A stretch of DNA of 48,503 nt from Candidatus Muiribacteriota bacterium (GTDB lineage: Bacteria; Muiribacteriota; Muiribacteriia; Muiribacteriales; Muiribacteriaceae), in contig JBNJGP010000007.1 of the NCBI GenBank assembly GCA_051747805.1, positions 1-48,503 on the forward strand, in the 5' to 3' direction. This document shows, piece by piece, positions 28,162 through 37,537 of this stretch. The first letter of the stretch is position 1, and each line of letters starts with the position of its first letter. The notes under the pieces are model-generated. The model did not search any database, was not told the DNA's origin, and saw only the letters and a program-made list of their open reading frames with translations. The position numbers were made by a program, and so were the translations under genes.

Positions 28162-30066
28162 ATGAAAAAAATTCTTATTATAGGTGTTATTTTTATTACT
28201 GTTCTAGGACTAAGTGTTAAATTTGGAATAGATTATTATTTATCAACAAGGTTTAAAGATGATTTTCAGAATTTTATAAATCAGGCAGTTAATACAAAAG
28301 TTTCTATTGAAAGCTTATCTACAAATATTTTTTCAAGATTTTCTGCAAACAATGTTGATATATGGGAGCCGGACGGTGGAGATCTTTTTTTAAGTGCGGG
28401 TTCTCTTAACTTTGTTTATGAGCTTTCAAAAATATTGCAGAAACAGCTTGTTATAAATGAGGTTTCTTTGAAGGATATTTTGATAAATATTGTCAGATAT
28501 CAAAATGGCAGATTTAATTTTGAAAAGTTTCAAAATCTTGTTTATGATTTTTCAGTATTTCCCCATAATAAAATTTATGCCTCAAATACAGCATCATCAT
28601 CTAATATTAATGTAAATAATGTAAATATTTCAAATATGGTTTTAGCCTATAATGACGAGGTAGTTAACTCAAGTGCTAAAACTGGAAGCTTAGAAGCAGA
28701 CGCTGTTATTTCACCACTTGATGTAAAAGTAGAAGGAAAACTTTTTTATGATGAAAATGTAGAGTTTAATTTAAAAGACGAGGACGGAGTTTTAATAGGA
28801 GATTTTTTTATTAAAGATATTGATGCTGAAAAATATATTCCCTTTTTTAATAAGTATCTTGAGGAGTTTGAAGTTGAAATTAAAGAGGGAAAGTTCAGTA
28901 TAGATGGAAGTTTTGAAAAAAAGGAAGAGCTATCATGGAAGGGTGATATATTTTTTCATGATTTAAAGGTTATTTATGCAGGCGTTGATTTTCGGGTCCA
29001 AAATCAGAAAGTTTCCATGAATGATATGGATATTTCTTTAAAAGAGTTTGTAGTTGATATGTTTATTCAGAATGTTAGAGTTTCTTCCTTAAGCCTTAAT
29101 GGAGAATTCAAAAACTTTAATGAGCTTAAAGCCGATTTTAATGCAACTTTATTTGAGGCTGACGTTTTAGGTCTTTTTGAAGTTTTAAGACAGGAAATGA
29201 ATATTGAAAAAGAAGGGCAGCTTAACGGAAGTGTTAAAATGGACATTGAAAAAAAAAGTCTGAAAATGCATGCTGATAGTTTCCTGCCCTCGGCTGAATA
29301 TTCTTTTTTAACTGAAGATAAAAAAAAAATCTCATTTCCGTTTTCTAATATAAACTTATCTTTTTCCATGGAAAATATGGAGTTTGATATAAGGGCTGAA
29401 ACTGAAATTTTTTCTGGTAAAGTTACGGTTTTATCAGATGTGGTTTATGATGAAGAATTATTATTTAAAGCCAATTTTGAGGCCCAACAATTATCTGGCA
29501 TGGAATTTTTAAAGCTTAATGATATGGATAAAATACCAGTTCATGGAGAAATCGAATCCAGTTTCTACATTAAAGGAAAAAATTTTGAAATGGCAACTTT
29601 TACTGGGGAGGGTGATGTTATTGTTACCCGGGCTTTTTTTGAAACTTTAGGACTTGAAAAACTTATGCTTAAATCAAGTAGCGAAACAATCAGAAATTTA
29701 CCTATGAGGGATATTAAGGCTAAATTCAGGCTTGAAGACGAGAAGTTCACCTTTGGTGAAATAGAGGGTAGTGGAGATGATTTTGAGTTTGAAGGTTCCG
29801 GTTATGTTTCAACAATGGCGGATATGGATTTTGGATTGTTTTTTTCACCCACTAAAAACTTTCTGAAAAGCCAGGATATGCAAAAATATTTAACCATAGA
29901 GGATGAGTTTCGAATAACTCTGACTGGAACAGTTTTTTCGCCAAGAATAAGAACAAATATTGAAGATATTTATAAAGAAAAAATAGAGTCTCATTTAAAA
30001 GAAGCGGTTGTTGATGAACTCAAAGAAAAAGGAAAAAGTCTTATAAAAAATCTTTTTGGCAATTAA
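28162..30066 (+). CDS. AsmA-like/DUF748 envelope protein
   Basis: N-terminal TM, INIVRYQNGRFNF, beta-rich body, C-terminal LTGTVFSP. Confidence 0.75.
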   Translation: MKKILIIGVIFITVLGLSVKFGIDYYLSTRFKDDFQNFINQAVNTKVSIESLSTNIFSRFSANNVDIWEPDGGDLFLSAGSLNFVYELSKILQKQLVINEVSLKDILINIVRYQNGRFNFEKFQNLVYDFSVFPHNKIYASNTASSSNINVNNVNISNMVLAYNDEVVNSSAKTGSLEADAVISPLDVKVEGKLFYDENVEFNLKDEDGVLIGDFFIKDIDAEKYIPFFNKYLEEFEVEIKEGKFSIDGSFEKKEELSWKGDIFFHDLKVIYAGVDFRVQNQKVSMNDMDISLKEFVVDMFIQNVRVSSLSLNGEFKNFNELKADFNATLFEADVLGLFEVLRQEMNIEKEGQLNGSVKMDIEKKSLKMHADSFLPSAEYSFLTEDKKKISFPFSNINLSFSMENMEFDIRAETEIFSGKVTVLSDVVYDEELLFKANFEAQQLSGMEFLKLNDMDKIPVHGEIESSFYIKGKNFEMATFTGEGDVIVTRAFFETLGLEKLMLKSSSETIRNLPMRDIKAKFRLEDEKFTFGEIEGSGDDFEFEGSGYVSTMADMDFGLFFSPTKNFLKSQDMQKYLTIEDEFRITLTGTVFSPRIRTNIEDIYKEKIESHLKEAVVDELKEKGKSLIKNLFGN

Positions 30067-30072
30067 AATCCG

Positions 30073-30250
30073 GGGGTCAGGTCTCCGGATTTCGCAAATC
30101 AATTTAGGAAATCGCATTAAATAAAGAAATTCCCGTTTTTTTGAATAATATTTTTTTGTTTTTCAAGCTTCATTTTTAAAAAAAAAATTTTTTAGATGAA
30201 AAAAGCGTCATATTAGGTTTGTTGAATGCGATTTCCGGAGACCTGACCCC
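30073..30250. repeat. 178-bp palindromic REP/MITE-like element
   Basis: 24-bp terminal inverted repeats (22/24; outer 17 bp perfect) starting GGGGTCAGGTCTCCGGA. Confidence 0.8.
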
Positions 30251-30259
30251 ATAATTTAT

Positions 30260-30287
30260 TAAATCTTTTTTTTTAATTTACCGATAT
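30260..30287 (+). promoter_or_regulatory. Sigma-28 (FliA/SigD)-type promoter
   Basis: TAAA-N16-ACCGATAT upstream of the DUF501-flg operon. Confidence 0.65.
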
Positions 30288-30353
30288 ATAACTTAATAGA
30301 AGAAAATATGTGATTGAAGCATTTTTTAAAAAATCTTCAATATAAAAAAGAGG

Positions 30354-30845
30354 GTGAAAACTTTGGAAAAAGATTATAAAAATATTTTAAAAAAACAGCT
30401 GGGTAAAAAAAATCTTATTCCATGTACGGTTGTTAAAGTATGTCCATATGATTTTCCGGTGGTTGTTAAACTAAAAGCAGATTTAAAAAAACCTCATTTT
30501 AAAACACTTTACTGGTTGAGTTGCCCCTATATAAATAAAAAAATATCCACTCTGGAATCCAGAGGTTTTATAAGTGTAGTTAAACAATATATTTTAGATA
30601 ATTATGATGAATACAGGAAATTTGTTAATAAATATTCAGACGACAGAGATAGTCTAAAATTAAAACAATATGGAATAGGCGGCGTTGCTGATATTAAGAA
30701 TCCCAAATGCCTTCATGCTCATTTTGCCTATTATCTCGTTGAAAACAATTATAATGCTGGGAAGTATATAAAAAATAAAATTGATAATATTTATTGTGAT
30801 AAAAAAGAACCTTTATGTAAAAGGTTTTTGGGAGGGAACTCATGA
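30354..30845 (+). CDS. DUF501 family protein
   Basis: TLYWLSCP, ISTLESRG, GIGG, KCLHAHFA. Confidence 0.85.
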   Translation: MKTLEKDYKNILKKQLGKKNLIPCTVVKVCPYDFPVVVKLKADLKKPHFKTLYWLSCPYINKKISTLESRGFISVVKQYILDNYDEYRKFVNKYSDDRDSLKLKQYGIGGVADIKNPKCLHAHFAYYLVENNYNAGKYIKNKIDNIYCDKKEPLCKRFLGGNS

Positions 30846-31690
30846 TTAGAGGGCTATATACGGCAACTTCGGGTATGCTTGTAGAACAGGCCCGGCAGGA
30901 TGTTGTAACAAACAATCTGTCAAACGTTGATACCGTTGGTTTTAAAAAAGATGTTGCCTTGTTCAGAGATGAACCGAATATGGATATGCATAGAATAGAT
31001 GATAGAAGAAAATTTTTTGAAAAAAAACAGGATATAGATTTCCGTCCCTATATTGGTAAACTTGGAACTGGTGCTTCTGTTGAGGAAACAGCAACTATTC
31101 ATGAACAGGGAAGAATTGAAAAAACCCAGAATCCGACTGATGTGGCTATAATGGGCGATGGTTTTTTTGCAATTGAATCCCCAGATGGAGTTAGATATAC
31201 AAGGGGGGGTAATTTTAGAATTAATGCTGATGGATATTTAACTGATGCAGATGGAAACAGAGTTCTTGCCCTTTCAGATGATTTTTTAAATCAGGATTCA
31301 AATATTCTCACAGACGAAGAAGGGCAGTTAAACATTGATTATGAATATGTTTTACTAGAAGAGGCGGAAACATTGGATATTGACAGTGAGGGGACTGTAT
31401 TTATAAATGGCGAAGAAAGAAACAGGCTTATTATGGCAGAGTTTGATGATCAGCGTTTTTTGAGGAAAATCGGAAAGAATCAGTATGTTGTTGATGATCC
31501 GCAGGCCGGCACAGGCAGATTCCCTGAAAATACAGAGCTTATACAGGGTGCTCTTGAAAAATCTAATGTAAATATTGTAAGAGAAATGGTTGATATGATT
31601 ACTGTAATGAGAGCATATGAATCAAATCAAAAATGTATAACAACTCAGGATCAAACACTGGGTACACTTATAACAAGAGTAGGTTCTTAA
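30842..31690 (+). CDS. flgF: Flagellar basal-body rod protein FlgF
   Basis: MIRGLYTATSGM, NNLSNVDTVGFKK, YTRGGNF, LEKSNVN; first of a rod-gene pair. Confidence 0.8.
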   Translation: MIRGLYTATSGMLVEQARQDVVTNNLSNVDTVGFKKDVALFRDEPNMDMHRIDDRRKFFEKKQDIDFRPYIGKLGTGASVEETATIHEQGRIEKTQNPTDVAIMGDGFFAIESPDGVRYTRGGNFRINADGYLTDADGNRVLALSDDFLNQDSNILTDEEGQLNIDYEYVLLEEAETLDIDSEGTVFINGEERNRLIMAEFDDQRFLRKIGKNQYVVDDPQAGTGRFPENTELIQGALEKSNVNIVREMVDMITVMRAYESNQKCITTQDQTLGTLITRVGS

Positions 31691-31712
31691 AGGTAAAGGG
31701 GGACAATAAATT

Positions 31713-32498
31713 ATGATGAGATCACTTTATACGGCGGCAACAGGAATGGATGCTCAGGATTTAAACATTAGTGTAATTTCAAATAACTTGTCAAACGTAA
31801 ATACAACAGGTTATAAAAAATCCCGGGCAGAATTTCAGGATTTATTATATCAAAGTATCAGGGAGGCAGGAACTCCTGTGGTTCAGGGGCAGAACGTGCC
31901 AACAGGAATTCAGACCGGGCACGGTGTGAGACCTGTAGCTACTCAGAGAATTTTTTCACAGGGAGATTTCAGGCAAACTGAAAATCCGCTGGATTTAATT
32001 ATTGAAGGCGATGGTTTTTTTCAGATAACCCGTCCCGATGGTTCGATTGCATATACCAGAGATGGAGCGTTTAAAATGGATGCTAATGGAACACTAGTAA
32101 CTAGTGATGGTTTTTTTCTTGAGCCTCAGATTGTAGTACCAGAAGAGGCCGAAAGTGTTTCTGTAGGCATAGATGGTTCAGTGTCTGTTAGAATAGGAGA
32201 AGATACTGTTGATATAGGTGAAATTACCCTTGTTGATTTTGTGAACCCATCAGGTTTAAATTCAGAAGGAAGAAATCTTTATACCGAAACTGTTGCTTCA
32301 GGTGCGCCAACTGGTCCTGGTGTTCCAGGGTTTGGTGGTCTAGGAACTATACAACAGGGATATCTTGAAATGTCTAATGTTAAAGTGGTTGAAGAAATGG
32401 TTCAGATGATTGTTGCCCAGAGAGCATATGAAACAAACTCCAAAGCTATTCAGACATCAGATCAGATGCTTGGGATTGCTTCTGGATTAAAACGATAA
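31713..32498 (+). CDS. flgG: Flagellar basal-body rod protein FlgG
   Basis: NNLSNVNTTGYKK, FQDLLYQ, YTRDG, LEMSNV, AQRAYE. Confidence 0.95.
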   Translation: MMRSLYTAATGMDAQDLNISVISNNLSNVNTTGYKKSRAEFQDLLYQSIREAGTPVVQGQNVPTGIQTGHGVRPVATQRIFSQGDFRQTENPLDLIIEGDGFFQITRPDGSIAYTRDGAFKMDANGTLVTSDGFFLEPQIVVPEEAESVSVGIDGSVSVRIGEDTVDIGEITLVDFVNPSGLNSEGRNLYTETVASGAPTGPGVPGFGGLGTIQQGYLEMSNVKVVEEMVQMIVAQRAYETNSKAIQTSDQMLGIASGLKR

Positions 32499-32528
32499 CT
32501 TGAGTTAAGCAAAAAATAAAAATTAAAA

Positions 32529-32548
32529 GAGGGGCCTTGTGGCCCTTC
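32529..32548 (+). other. Short GC hairpin between flgG and flgA
   Basis: GAGGGGCC-TTGT-GGCCCTTC. Confidence 0.5.
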
Positions 32549-32569
32549 AATTATGTGAGGGTAAGAAAG

Positions 32570-33451
32570 TTGAAATTTAAGGTTCTCGTTTTTCTTGTTA
32601 TTATAAGTTTTTGTATATATTCTGTTGAACTTACTATAGCTGAAAATATTGAGATTTCTGGGTTTGATATAAATCTGGGACATGTTTTTGAAAATATTCC
32701 TTCAAGATATAAAGATATAAGAATTACTGGGGCTGCAAATGCCGGCGGCATCAAAAGAGTTCATATTAATCATATAAACCAGACTCTTAAGCAGAATGAT
32801 TTACCCCCTTTCAGAAATTATTCTCCTCAATTTATTGAGGTGAAAACAAAATCATATGTTTTAACAAAAGAAGAAGTTGAAGTTTTTTTAAAACGTGAAT
32901 GTGGTCTTTTAAATCCTGAAGTTCTAAACTTTAATTCATACGAGTTTCCCATAGAGGAATTTAACCTTAAAATTGATAGGTTAACTGGAAACAGAGCTGT
33001 TCTGGACGTTAATTATAAAAATAAAAATTTGAGAAAAATTATTCTTCGTTATATTGAAAAAATAAACACTCAGGCTTTTGTTGCCACAAGAAATATTCAG
33101 GCCGGAGAGGATGTTAAGCTTGATGACTTTAAGCGGAAAACTGTTCTTGTAGAGCCGGATGAAATCTCTAATATTGTTAGCGATAAAGAGGATTTTAATT
33201 ATGCAAGGACAGGGGTAAAAATTAATAAAGGTTCTTATATATTAAAAAATAATCTTAATTTGACCGATATAGTAATTAATGGAAGTATTGTTCAGGCAGT
33301 TCAGTCTGGAGATGGTTTTTTTGCGACTACTAGGCTTAAAGCAATACAGGCCGGTGCTTATAACGAAATAATAAATCTTCGGTCTTTAAGTGACAGAAGG
33401 CGTTTTAAAGGGAGGGTTATAGATGAAAATAAGGTTGAACTTATTTATTAG
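32570..33451 (+). CDS. flgA: Flagellar P-ring formation chaperone FlgA
   Basis: Between flgG and flgH; SAF-like VATRNIQAGE and C-terminal A.Q.G...E.I.L; start set at TTG 32570 after GAGGGT. Confidence 0.75.
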   Translation: MKFKVLVFLVIISFCIYSVELTIAENIEISGFDINLGHVFENIPSRYKDIRITGAANAGGIKRVHINHINQTLKQNDLPPFRNYSPQFIEVKTKSYVLTKEEVEVFLKRECGLLNPEVLNFNSYEFPIEEFNLKIDRLTGNRAVLDVNYKNKNLRKIILRYIEKINTQAFVATRNIQAGEDVKLDDFKRKTVLVEPDEISNIVSDKEDFNYARTGVKINKGSYILKNNLNLTDIVINGSIVQAVQSGDGFFATTRLKAIQAGAYNEIINLRSLSDRRRFKGRVIDENKVELIY

Positions 33452-33998
33452 TTTTTTGATAATTATAGGAATTACAGCATCAGCTGCTTCATTATGGTCA
33501 GCTTCAGAGCAAAAATCTTTTTATACCGAAGAAAAAGCTCATCGCATAGGTGATATTTTAACTGTGTTTATTGCTGAAACCTCCAGTGCCTCTCAGTCAT
33601 CAACTAAAGATCTTGCCAGTGATTTTGATGCATCTATGAATGCGGGAACAGGTTTTATGGACCTTATAAATTCAGGTTCTGCTGGTTCAAGTTCTTCGCG
33701 TTCGGGTTCAGGCTCAACTGAGGCATCGAATCAGGTAGATGCAACAATAAGTGTGAAAGTTGTTGAAGTGTTGCCTAATGGTAATCTTGTAATTGAAGGG
33801 AAGCAATATATTAATGTTAATGATGATATTCAGGAAATTATGCTTCAAGGAGAGGTAAGAGCAAGAGATATATCAACTGAAAATACGGTTGATTCAAGAA
33901 TGCTTGCGGATGCAAAAATTTTATATAAAGGCAAAGGCGAAATATCAAAAACACAAAAACCAAATTTATTTCAGAAAATTATAGGATTAATTTTTTAA
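33423..33998 (+). CDS. flgH: Flagellar L-ring protein FlgH
   Basis: KAHRIGDILTV, VVEVLPNGNLVIEG, VRARDI, ADAKI.Y. Confidence 0.93.
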   Translation: MKIRLNLFISFLIIIGITASAASLWSASEQKSFYTEEKAHRIGDILTVFIAETSSASQSSTKDLASDFDASMNAGTGFMDLINSGSAGSSSSRSGSGSTEASNQVDATISVKVVEVLPNGNLVIEGKQYINVNDDIQEIMLQGEVRARDISTENTVDSRMLADAKILYKGKGEISKTQKPNLFQKIIGLIF

Positions 33999-34011
33999 GG
34001 AGAGACTAAAG

Positions 34012-35031
34012 ATGAAAAAGTATATTATTATGTTTCTTATATGGACACTTTCTTTATTATGTATATCAGCCCAAATGTCTGTGAGTTTAAAAGATATTGC
34101 ACGTTTTGGGGCAGATAACCGTGAAAACCAGCTTACAGGCTATGGAATAGTTGGGGGACTTGATGGAACAGGTGATAATAATATGCTTGCCTTGCAGTCA
34201 ACTATAAATTTTTTAAATAATTTCGGGGTAAACACTAATGCAGATGATTTCAACACAAATAATATAGCGGCTGTTATAGTAACAGCAACTATTCCTCCAT
34301 TTGCAAGAAACGGAGATAAAATTGATATAACAGTTTCCTCAATAGGTGATTCTCAAAATCTTGAGGGCGGAGTGCTTTTTCAAACTCCTTTAATTGGTGC
34401 AGATAAAGAGATTTATGCTGTTGCAGCTGGTCCGATTTCTATAGGCGGTTTTAATGTAGGGGGGGCAGGAGCTGCAGGAGGGCAGAATAATCATCCTACT
34501 GTGGCAAGAATTCCGGAAGGAGCAATTATTGAAAATGAAGTGCCTGGAAGTTTTTCAAATGATGATAAAATTGAAATAATATTAAAAGATAAAAATTTTT
34601 CAATGGCAGAAAAAGTTAAAAAGGCTGTTGATGAAAAATATGGTAGAAATTGTGCTCGCGCAATAGATTCAGGAACTGTGGTAGTTGATATTCCCTATTC
34701 CTTCAGGGAGCACCCGGTAACATTTATTTCTAATCTTAAAAAAATTGAAGTTGTTCCTGTATCAAAAGCTAGAGTTATTATAAATGAAAAAACAGGCTCA
34801 GTTGTGATTTCTAAAGATGTGAAAATTTCACCTATTGCTGTAGCTCATGGCGATATTTCAATTGCAATAGGAGAGGACGCAGAGGGAAATATTGTTGAAA
34901 GCGGGGGCGCAAGCTTGAATGAAGTTGTTGAGATGCTTAATACCATGGGAGCCGAACCAAGGGACTTAATTGCGATTTTCCAGCTTCTTAAACAGGCTGG
35001 TGCTTTACATGCCGACCTCCAAATTATTTAA
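34012..35031 (+). CDS. flgI: Flagellar P-ring protein FlgI
   Basis: RENQLTGYGIVGGLDGTGD, N.AAVIVTA, INEKTG, AGALHA. Confidence 0.95.
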   Translation: MKKYIIMFLIWTLSLLCISAQMSVSLKDIARFGADNRENQLTGYGIVGGLDGTGDNNMLALQSTINFLNNFGVNTNADDFNTNNIAAVIVTATIPPFARNGDKIDITVSSIGDSQNLEGGVLFQTPLIGADKEIYAVAAGPISIGGFNVGGAGAAGGQNNHPTVARIPEGAIIENEVPGSFSNDDKIEIILKDKNFSMAEKVKKAVDEKYGRNCARAIDSGTVVVDIPYSFREHPVTFISNLKKIEVVPVSKARVIINEKTGSVVISKDVKISPIAVAHGDISIAIGEDAEGNIVESGGASLNEVVEMLNTMGAEPRDLIAIFQLLKQAGALHADLQII

Positions 35032-35033
35032 CT

Positions 35034-35891
35034 ATGAAATACTATTTAATGTGTGTTGTTACAATAACTTTTTTTTCCACAATTGAGTTTACCGGAAAAA
35101 TTATTGGTGATGCTGTTACTCCTCTTGCTGTTACAGGATACAGATTCTTAATTGGTTCATTAATGGTTTTGCCTTTTGCCTTAAGAAAGCTTATTAAAAA
35201 AAAAAGGTCTTTAAAAGATTACTTCTTAATGGGAATTCCTGGTATTATTAATGTTGCCCTGAGTATGTACTTTCTGCAGCTGGCTATTTTTTATGGGAAA
35301 GCTTTTATTGCGGGGACCCTTATCTCGATTAATCCTGTTTTTGTTACTATTTTAAGTCGTTTTTTTCTTGGTGAAAAAATTAATATAAAAAAAATCACAG
35401 GAATTATTCTTGGAGCTGCTGGAGTTTTTTTAATTGTGATGGGTGAATATAATGCAGAGGGTGATGTTTTAAATATTTATCTTGGTATTACTTTCAGTCT
35501 GCTTGCTGCATTTGCTTTTGCAGTATATACTGTTTTTTCTAAAAAGTATGTTATTAAGTATTCAAATATGGAATTTGCTTTTATTTCGTTTTTAATAGGT
35601 AGTTTATTTCTATTGTCGGCCGGTATATTTGTTGAAGGGGGTCTAGGTGTACCCGATGACCTTTGCATAGTTTTATTGCTCCTTTATAACGGTGTTTTTG
35701 TAACCGGAACAGCCTATGTTTTATTTTTTAAGGCTTTACAGCATATTCCTGCCTCGACTGCTTCAATGTTTTTCTTTTTAAAACCGATTCTAGTTACTAT
35801 TATATCTTTCTTTTGGCTTAACGAAGATGTTTCTGTTCTTCAACTTGGTGGAGTTATTTTGGCCGGGCTGAGTATTTTATTTTCAGTTTAA
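35034..35891 (+). CDS. EamA/DMT family transporter
   Basis: About 10 hydrophobic segments, duplicated EamA pattern (FLGEKI; WLNE.V). Confidence 0.88.
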   Translation: MKYYLMCVVTITFFSTIEFTGKIIGDAVTPLAVTGYRFLIGSLMVLPFALRKLIKKKRSLKDYFLMGIPGIINVALSMYFLQLAIFYGKAFIAGTLISINPVFVTILSRFFLGEKINIKKITGIILGAAGVFLIVMGEYNAEGDVLNIYLGITFSLLAAFAFAVYTVFSKKYVIKYSNMEFAFISFLIGSLFLLSAGIFVEGGLGVPDDLCIVLLLLYNGVFVTGTAYVLFFKALQHIPASTASMFFFLKPILVTIISFFWLNEDVSVLQLGGVILAGLSILFSV

Positions 35892-36006
35892 TTTCTTTAT
35901 ATATAAATTAAGATATATTTATTGATTTTAAATTAATAATTAATTAAAATAATAAATGAAAGCACACTTTTTTTAAGCTTTCCAATTAAATTATATGGAG
36001 GGGTTC

Positions 36007-36279
36007 ATGAACAAAACAGAACTTGTTAATGCTATTGCAAAAAAAACTTCAATGACAAGAAGCAACAGCACAAAAGTACTTAATGCTTTTGTAGATGTTG
36101 TAACTAAAGAGTTAAAAAAAGGAAGAAAAGTCAATGTTATGGGATTTGGCTCTTTTCAGAGTACAAAAAGAGCGGCAAGAACTGGTAGAAATCCACAAAC
36201 AGGTAAACCCATAAAAATAAAAGCTAGACACGTTCCAAAATTTAGACCTTCAAAGGTTCTTAAAGACGTTATTAAATAG
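36007..36279 (+). CDS. hup: DNA-binding protein HU
   Basis: MNKTELV, GFGSF, RAARTGRNPQTG, PKFRP; SD GGAGGG. Confidence 0.95.
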   Translation: MNKTELVNAIAKKTSMTRSNSTKVLNAFVDVVTKELKKGRKVNVMGFGSFQSTKRAARTGRNPQTGKPIKIKARHVPKFRPSKVLKDVIK

Positions 36280-36307
36280 TTTTTTTAAAAGGTTAAAATT
36301 TATTAAA

Positions 36308-36339
36308 AAGCTCCCCTTTCCGGGGAGCTTCTCTTTATT
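36308..36339 (+). terminator. Rho-independent terminator after hup
   Basis: AAGCTCCCC-tttcc-GGGGAGCTT followed by CTCTTTATT. Confidence 0.8.
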
Positions 36340-36466
36340 GGCAGTTCTCAAAAAAAAAGAAATTACTTTATAAAATCGACCTTATTGTCTACAGGTTAAA
36401 ATCCTATTTTTTTACTAAACTCAAGTTAAAATTGAAATTGATATATGTCAATAGTAATATATTAGT

Positions 36467-37537
36467 ATGAGAATCATTTCCAGCACTAAAAAAATTTTCT
36501 TTATATTAATAATCTCATTTTTACTTTTTTTTCTCGGATGTGATAATAACACATCTGAAAACAGCCAGGTAAAGGAAGAAAAAACTCCGGTTATAGAAAA
36601 GGTTAATAGTTTTATAGAGGAGGGAGAGCTTTTGAAGGGGCTGGAAATTATTCCAGAGAACACAGAAAAAATGCCTTTAATTGAGAAAAAATTATTTATT
36701 TATTATAAAACTGGTAAATTTGAAAAAGCTTTAGAAATTGCAGAAAAAATTTGGCAGGAAAATCAGAATTTAGCTGGCGCAAGGAAGCTTTCTAAAATAT
36801 ATTATATACAGGGTAATTTTAAAGAGTTTTTAAAGTATTTTCATTTAATTCCTGAAGAGCAAAGAGATTCGGAGATATTAAATATGTTTGAAAATTATAA
36901 TCGAATACTTTCGGCCGAAAAAGAGGAAAAAAACATAGAATTAAAAGAAAAGTTTGAAGATTTAATTTCAAAGTATAAAAGAATGCATTATAATGATTGT
37001 CTTTCGTATGCCCGCTCAATACTATTGGATAATCAGGTTATATACGAAGAAGAAAATTCAAAAATACTAAAAGAAATCTATGTTTATTCTGGTTTATGTT
37101 CTAGAAAACTGAATAACTTTGATGATTCTATTTATTATTTCAAAAAAGCTCTTGAAGTTTTTCCAGAAAGTTCTAAAGCTCTTTTGAATCTTGGTGAGAT
37201 TTATTTTGAAAGAGGAAGAACCCAGCTTGCCCTTGATTATTTTAAAAGCGCCTGGCAGGCAAGCGGGGACATTAGTATTTATGGCAATGTTGGGCTTGCT
37301 TATTTAAATCTGGGAGAATATGAAAAAGCAAAAGAAGTTCTTGAGAAAGTTCATAATGAAAAGAAAAATAGTATTACAGCTTTATATAATCTTTTTTTAT
37401 GCTACTATAACCTTGATTATTTAAATGAATTGAAAGAAACCGGAGAAAAGCTTTTGCAAAGAGCGCCAAAAAGCTCTGATATTGCTGATTCTGTTAGAAA
37501 TGTCTTTAATGAAAAATTTCCCGGGGAATTTAGATGA
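36467..37537 (+). CDS. TPR-repeat lipoprotein
   Basis: Lipobox FLGC; TPR patterns ALLNLGEIY, GNVGLAY, ALYNL. Confidence 0.82.
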   Translation: MRIISSTKKIFFILIISFLLFFLGCDNNTSENSQVKEEKTPVIEKVNSFIEEGELLKGLEIIPENTEKMPLIEKKLFIYYKTGKFEKALEIAEKIWQENQNLAGARKLSKIYYIQGNFKEFLKYFHLIPEEQRDSEILNMFENYNRILSAEKEEKNIELKEKFEDLISKYKRMHYNDCLSYARSILLDNQVIYEEENSKILKEIYVYSGLCSRKLNNFDDSIYYFKKALEVFPESSKALLNLGEIYFERGRTQLALDYFKSAWQASGDISIYGNVGLAYLNLGEYEKAKEVLEKVHNEKKNSITALYNLFLCYYNLDYLNELKETGEKLLQRAPKSSDIADSVRNVFNEKFPGEFR

